A stretch of 63,617 nt of DNA, filler included, from an uncultured Methanosarcinales archaeon (GTDB taxonomy: Archaea; Nanobdellota; Nanobdellia; Woesearchaeales; CALCXY01), in NCBI GenBank assembly GCA_964385185.1. It is 5 parts of 5 records of this genome, joined end to end, with 100 filler letters (N's around TTAATTAATTAA, not from the genome) between each part and the next. Parts side by side here need not be neighbours in the genome. Positions count along the whole stretch, not along the records: positions 49,182 to 59,979 come from CAYLOA010000030.1; positions 60,080 to 63,617 come from CAYLOA010000052.1; 3 more parts are not named here. One strand, written 5' to 3'. Numbering within the stretch: position 1 is the stretch's first letter; each line of letters opens with the position of its first letter. The position numbers and the translations under genes are program-made. The notes below the pieces were generated by a model. It did no database searches. It saw nothing but the letters and a program-made list of their open reading frames with translations, and was not told the DNA's origin. Shown one piece after another: positions 59,909 to 63,617 of the stretch.

Positions 59909-59979
59909 ATGAAAACAGTTGGAATAATTGGAGGTCTTGGACCGGAAACAACTTCGGAATTTTACTTAGACTTAGTCTT
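59909..59979 (+). CDS. Aspartate/glutamate racemase family (3'-truncated)
   Basis: MKTVGIIGGLGPETTSEFYLDLV. Confidence 0.75.
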
Positions 59980-60079
59980 NNNNNNNNNNNNNNNNNNNNN
60001 NNNNNNNNNNNNNNNNNNNNNNNTTAATTAATTAANNNNNNNNNNNNNNNNNNNNNNNNNNNNNNNNNNNNNNNNNNNN
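59980..60079. other. Artificial contig linker
   Basis: N-run/TTAATTAATTAA/N-run. Confidence 0.98.
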
Positions 60080-60201
60080 ACGATGTTGTGTAGTCCATTA
60101 ACGGCAAAGCCAAATACACTACCTCCCATAATAAATCCCAATACTCCTACTAGCAAAAACACAACTCCTATGATTTTTGCCCACGTTTGATTTGCTCCCA
60201 T
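60080..60201 (-). CDS. DUF4383-like membrane protein (partial)
   Basis: GVVFLLVGVLGF…FAVNGLHNI. Confidence 0.6.
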
Positions 60202-60294
60202 TCTATCCACCTCTTTTTTTTAGGTTACTCCAGAAAATTACTGATAGCACCCCGATTTTAGTATAACAAATATAGAAATATGCATTTATAAAGT

Positions 60295-60699
60295 TTACTC
60301 CTTAGCATCGACGGTAAATAACACATTATCTCCATCTACATCAAATAATCCAAGTCTTGCACCTGCATCTAACCAACCATGAGCATAATTTAAAGCAGCA
60401 AATGCATTTACTTTATCTCCTTTATCAGCAAAATGCTGAGCATCACTATAATACCTTGAAGCCATGTCAAGGACCACATGCGCTTGACAATATCCACACA
60501 TACATTCATGTTTTCCTTTTTTTCGAGCTGGTGGTCCTTGAGCATGCTCAGGGATGCCCGGCGTCCCTGACATATCTAGAAAATCTTCAGCACTCTTCTG
60601 AAAATCAACTTTACCTTTCTTAACAATCTGCACCTTCTTAAGAGCCTTGCCAGTAACAGAGAAATACTTCTTAAGTTTAGCATCAGTTATTTTATCCAT
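60295..60699 (-). CDS. DUF357 protein with 36-aa in-frame insertion
   Basis: DFLDM…YYSDAQHF…YAHGWLDAGARLG. Confidence 0.88.
   Translation of the reverse strand: MDKITDAKLKKYFSVTGKALKKVQIVKKGKVDFQKSAEDFLDMSGTPGIPEHAQGPPARKKGKHECMCGYCQAHVVLDMASRYYSDAQHFADKGDKVNAFAALNYAHGWLDAGARLGLFDVDGDNVLFTVDAKE
60464..60573. repeat. Bipartite palindromic element, family C copy 2 (intragenic)
   Basis: ATGTCA-stem-TGAGCATGCTCA-stem-TGACAT; net +108 bp. Confidence 0.8.
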
Positions 60700-60701
60700 G
60701 T

Positions 60702-61094
60702 TCAATAAGGATTTTTTATTTTTATATCTTTTATAGATTTATAATGTTTGATATTCTTTGTTACCAGAGTTTTAGTCCCAAAGTGAAGAGTTGTTGCAGC
60801 TATTATTGAATCTGCAAAGGGTACATTGAACTTTCTCCTTACTTCACCTGCTTTTTGTGCAATAGTTTTATCCATATTGATTCTTGTCATTAAGGAAAGT
60901 AAATTATTAAGTCTTGCTTGTTCTTGAAGTGAGGAAGCTGATTTTCCTGAAAAAAGTTCAGCCTCAGTAATTACAGAAAATGAAGCAGAAAAATATCCTT
61001 CTTCTATCTTCATAAAAAATTTTTTAGCATTAGGAAATCCTCGTAATAAATCTACGATAATATCTGTATCAATTACAAAGGATTCTTTAAACAT
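60702..61094 (-). CDS. vapC: VapC-type PIN toxin
   Basis: IDTD, TEAEL, DSIIAAT, TKNIKHY. Confidence 0.9.
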   Translation of the reverse strand: MFKESFVIDTDIIVDLLRGFPNAKKFFMKIEEGYFSASFSVITEAELFSGKSASSLQEQARLNNLLSLMTRINMDKTIAQKAGEVRRKFNVPFADSIIAATTLHFGTKTLVTKNIKHYKSIKDIKIKNPY

Positions 61095-61095
61095 T

Positions 61096-61320
61096 CTATC
61101 TCCAATTATTTCTAATTTTATTTACAAAGTTAACACTATCTTTAATTTTTCCTGCCCAAATACCTGCTGCTGCTTCCACAGGACTTTCTTTTATTTTTTC
61201 TAAAATAATCTTATCATCTTCAATTCGCTCTCTCATTCTTTCACCTATCTTAATGTCAGCCTCTTCCCTTATTTCTTTTGATAATGTAATTTGGTAGTTT
61301 CTTGTTACTACTGTTGCCAT
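61096..61320 (-). CDS. AbrB/MazE-type antitoxin
   Basis: VTRNYQITLSKEIRE…IKIGE; GGTGA SD. Confidence 0.85.
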   Translation of the reverse strand: MATVVTRNYQITLSKEIREEADIKIGERMRERIEDDKIILEKIKESPVEAAAGIWAGKIKDSVNFVNKIRNNWR

Positions 61321-61373
61321 AGTAATATCACCTACTAATATAGTAGTAATCCTATATATAAATCTTTCCTTTT

Positions 61374-61712
61374 CTATCCATACAACACCACCCCAATAAC
61401 AACCATTATATCCACTATTATCCACAACACTGAAGAAATAATAAGTGGCTTCTCTTTATGAACTATCCCATACGCCAACCAAACAACAGCGTTAATAGTA
61501 AATACAATCCAGGTAATTAAACCCACTCCTGAAGCACTCTTCTCCACCCATATCTTCCATATTTGTTCAAGAGTAACCAAGGGAACAGTAAAAGCAAACA
61601 AATAAATTATCTGATCTATCATTCGTTTATGAGGTGCTTTAGAAGGGACATCATTTCCTAACTTACGTCTATGTAAATGTCTTTCTCCTGCTGTATTCTG
61701 TCCCATACCCAT
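61374..61712 (-). CDS. SemiSWEET/PQ-loop membrane protein
   Basis: QIWKIW…KSASGV…WLAYGI. Confidence 0.75.
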   Translation of the reverse strand: MGMGQNTAGERHLHRRKLGNDVPSKAPHKRMIDQIIYLFAFTVPLVTLEQIWKIWVEKSASGVGLITWIVFTINAVVWLAYGIVHKEKPLIISSVLWIIVDIMVVIGVVLYG

Positions 61713-61778
61713 CTATCTTCTCTAGACATTAATATAGTTTTGCATAATTATTATATACCCTAAAATAAAAAAAGCCAC

Positions 61779-62414
61779 ATGTTAAAATTAGATCTTATCA
61801 AACAATGGGAAAATAGATTACAATTAAGGAAAGAAGAGATCCAAGCTTTCAAGGATATTCAACGAGAAGACTTCCTACCCAAAGAACAAAGACTATTAGC
61901 TTATCAAGACACACCATTGCCTATTCTCAGAGGAAAAACGATCTCTCAACCTACAACAGTTATGTTTATGACTTCCATCCTTGACCTCCAATCCAACCAT
62001 GTCGTCCTAGAAGTAGGTTCAGGTTCTGGCTATCAAACAGCAATTCTATCAAAATTAGTAGGCAAAGGTATTGTCCATTCAACCGAAGTCATCCCAGAAT
62101 TAGTTCAATTCGCAAAAAAGAATATTAAAAATGCAAAAATACAAAACGTAAAAATTTACGAAGAGGATGGATCCAAAGGATTACCTCATGAAGCCCCCTT
62201 TGATAGAATAATAATCACCGCTGCATGTAAAGAATTTCCTAAAGAATTACTTCAACAATTAAAACCAGGAGGAATAATTGTAGGTCCAATTGGGTCAAAA
62301 GAAGAACAAGAGATGGTCAAAGGAATAAAAGATAAAAAAGAAAAATTAGAATTACATTTTCTTGGACAGTTTATATTTAGTCCTTTATATGGCAAATACG
62401 GTTTCACAATTTAA
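61779..62414 (+). CDS. pcm: Protein-L-isoaspartate O-methyltransferase
   Basis: TISQP, VLEVGSGSGY, APFDRII. Confidence 0.93.
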   Translation: MLKLDLIKQWENRLQLRKEEIQAFKDIQREDFLPKEQRLLAYQDTPLPILRGKTISQPTTVMFMTSILDLQSNHVVLEVGSGSGYQTAILSKLVGKGIVHSTEVIPELVQFAKKNIKNAKIQNVKIYEEDGSKGLPHEAPFDRIIITAACKEFPKELLQQLKPGGIIVGPIGSKEEQEMVKGIKDKKEKLELHFLGQFIFSPLYGKYGFTI

Positions 62415-62527
62415 CAAATTGCTACCGGTATGATGCCTTTACATGTAAGCCACATAAGTAATGCTCCTACAATAAATGTTACAGCTGCTAATCCAACCGG
62501 ATGGTGGATAAATCCTTTTTTAAACAT
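62411..62527 (-). CDS. 38-aa hydrophobic microprotein
   Basis: AGGAG SD; MFKKGFIHHPVGLAAVTFIVGALLMWLTCKGIIPVAIC. Confidence 0.55.
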   Translation of the reverse strand: MFKKGFIHHPVGLAAVTFIVGALLMWLTCKGIIPVAIC

Positions 62528-62655
62528 AGTATCAACTCCTCTTTTTGTAAGTGCCTAAAGACACCTCTAACTAACTATTTACATCTCATAATATATAAAT
62601 GTAACGAGAAATAAGAACTGAAAAGTTCCTTGTTAAAATAATGCCCTCTTGTAAT

Positions 62656-63617
62656 TTATTCTATAGGAATAGGTTGATCAAACACTTGCAAATACGGATA
62701 ACCATCATTAACATCAGGACTTATAGCCCAAATAGTATCAAAATCCCAAGATTCTGGATAGGTTGATTGATCTTTTAATTGGGAAGTTGTTTTACCTTCT
62801 CCTCCTGAACTTGAAGACATACCACTAGACTCAACATCCCAAAAAGAATTTGAGGCACTTCCTCTAAAAGTATTACCTACTAAACCACCAACAGGACCAT
62901 TTCCACTCACACCCCCAGAAGCATAAGAACTAGAAATGGATCCATACCTGTTTTGCCCTGCTAAACCACCAACATAACCCTTTCCACTCACACCCCCAGA
63001 AGCATAAGAACTAGAAATGGATCCTTTTTGGTTATTTCCTACTAAACCACCAACATCATTTTGACCATTCACACTTCCAGAAGAATAAGAACCAGAAATA
63101 CTTCCTCTAACATTCTGTCCTACTAAACCACCAATATACCTATTTCCATTTACACTACTCAAAGAATAAGAACTATAAACAGATCCACCAAAGTTCTGTC
63201 CTACTAAACCACCAACCAGTTGACCTCCACTCACACTCCCAGAACCATAAGAACTAGAAATAGATCCACGATTGTTTTTCCCTACTAAACCACCAACAAC
63301 TTTCTTCCCCCTTATATCTCCACCTTCTAATCCAACAGATCTTATGATCGCAGTATCACCAATTTGACTAAATAGCCCCACATAATCTTTCAGTGGCCTG
63401 TTTATATTTAAATTCCTTATGACATGATCTTGACCATCAAAAATTCCTGAAAAAGAGTTTATTGTATTAAACCCTTCAGCAACTCCATCATTATTATCAT
63501 CCCAATTTATAGTATCAGAGCAATCAATATCCTGTTGTAACTCATAATTAGCATTTACATTTGAATTCATATTTTGTAAATCTTGACAACTACAAAGAGG
63601 AATAGGATCCTGCGTAT
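62656..63617 (-). CDS. GLUG-motif surface protein (5' end beyond window)
   Basis: VGGLVG repeats with 26-aa period; F-G-FDGQ-H-I; GYPYL. Confidence 0.88.
   Translation of the reverse strand, partial: TQDPIPLCSCQDLQNMNSNVNANYELQQDIDCSDTINWDDNNDGVAEGFNTINSFSGIFDGQDHVIRNLNINRPLKDYVGLFSQIGDTAIIRSVGLEGGDIRGKKVVGGLVGKNNRGSISSSYGSGSVSGGQLVGGLVGQNFGGSVYSSYSLSSVNGNRYIGGLVGQNVRGSISGSYSSGSVNGQNDVGGLVGNNQKGSISSSYASGGVSGKGYVGGLAGQNRYGSISSSYASGGVSGNGPVGGLVGNTFRGSASNSFWDVESSGMSSSSGGEGKTTSQLKDQSTYPESWDFDTIWAISPDVNDGYPYLQVFDQPIPIE

Noticed and set aside
60464..60573. DUF357 insert as a BHB mRNA intron or intein
   Set aside because: No 4-bp helix with 3-nt bulges at the junctions; too short and no terminal HN motif
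62870..63300. Periodic CTACTAAACCACC repeats
   Set aside because: Coding repeats of the GLUG (VGGLVG) protein

Overview
Low-GC archaeal DNA, most consistent with a Woesearchaeota-like DPANN metagenome bin (archaeal uL16/L10e, RFC large subunit, archaeal-type ValRS, TrmB, TATA promoters, BHB tRNA introns); the taxon call is inference. The window is five contigs joined by artificial N/TTAATTAATTAA linkers (1-17074, 17175-34239, 34340-49081 with a 100-N gap, 49182-59979, 60080-63617), so adjacency across linkers is meaningless. It holds housekeeping genes (cysE-cysS, valS, rfcL, rtcB, tsaC, truD, adk, ychF, rpl10e, pcm), a 17-kb surface-glycan cluster, an oapABC/arvABC-like operon, a sugar-use cluster, VapBC pairs and two intron-containing tRNAs. 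Best leads: (1) a leaderless tri-cysteine micro-ORF (MSTNCCC*) ahead of cysE-cysS, a candidate archaeal Cys-sensing attenuator; (2) integron attC-like sites bracketing a 3.57-kb three-gene cassette with 9-bp complementary ends, plus a third site; (3) several covarying palindromic repeat families, one inserted in-frame in a DUF357 gene; (4) a tandem array of tRNA-Arg 3'-end copies separated by hairpins. All calls are by eye; no searches were run.
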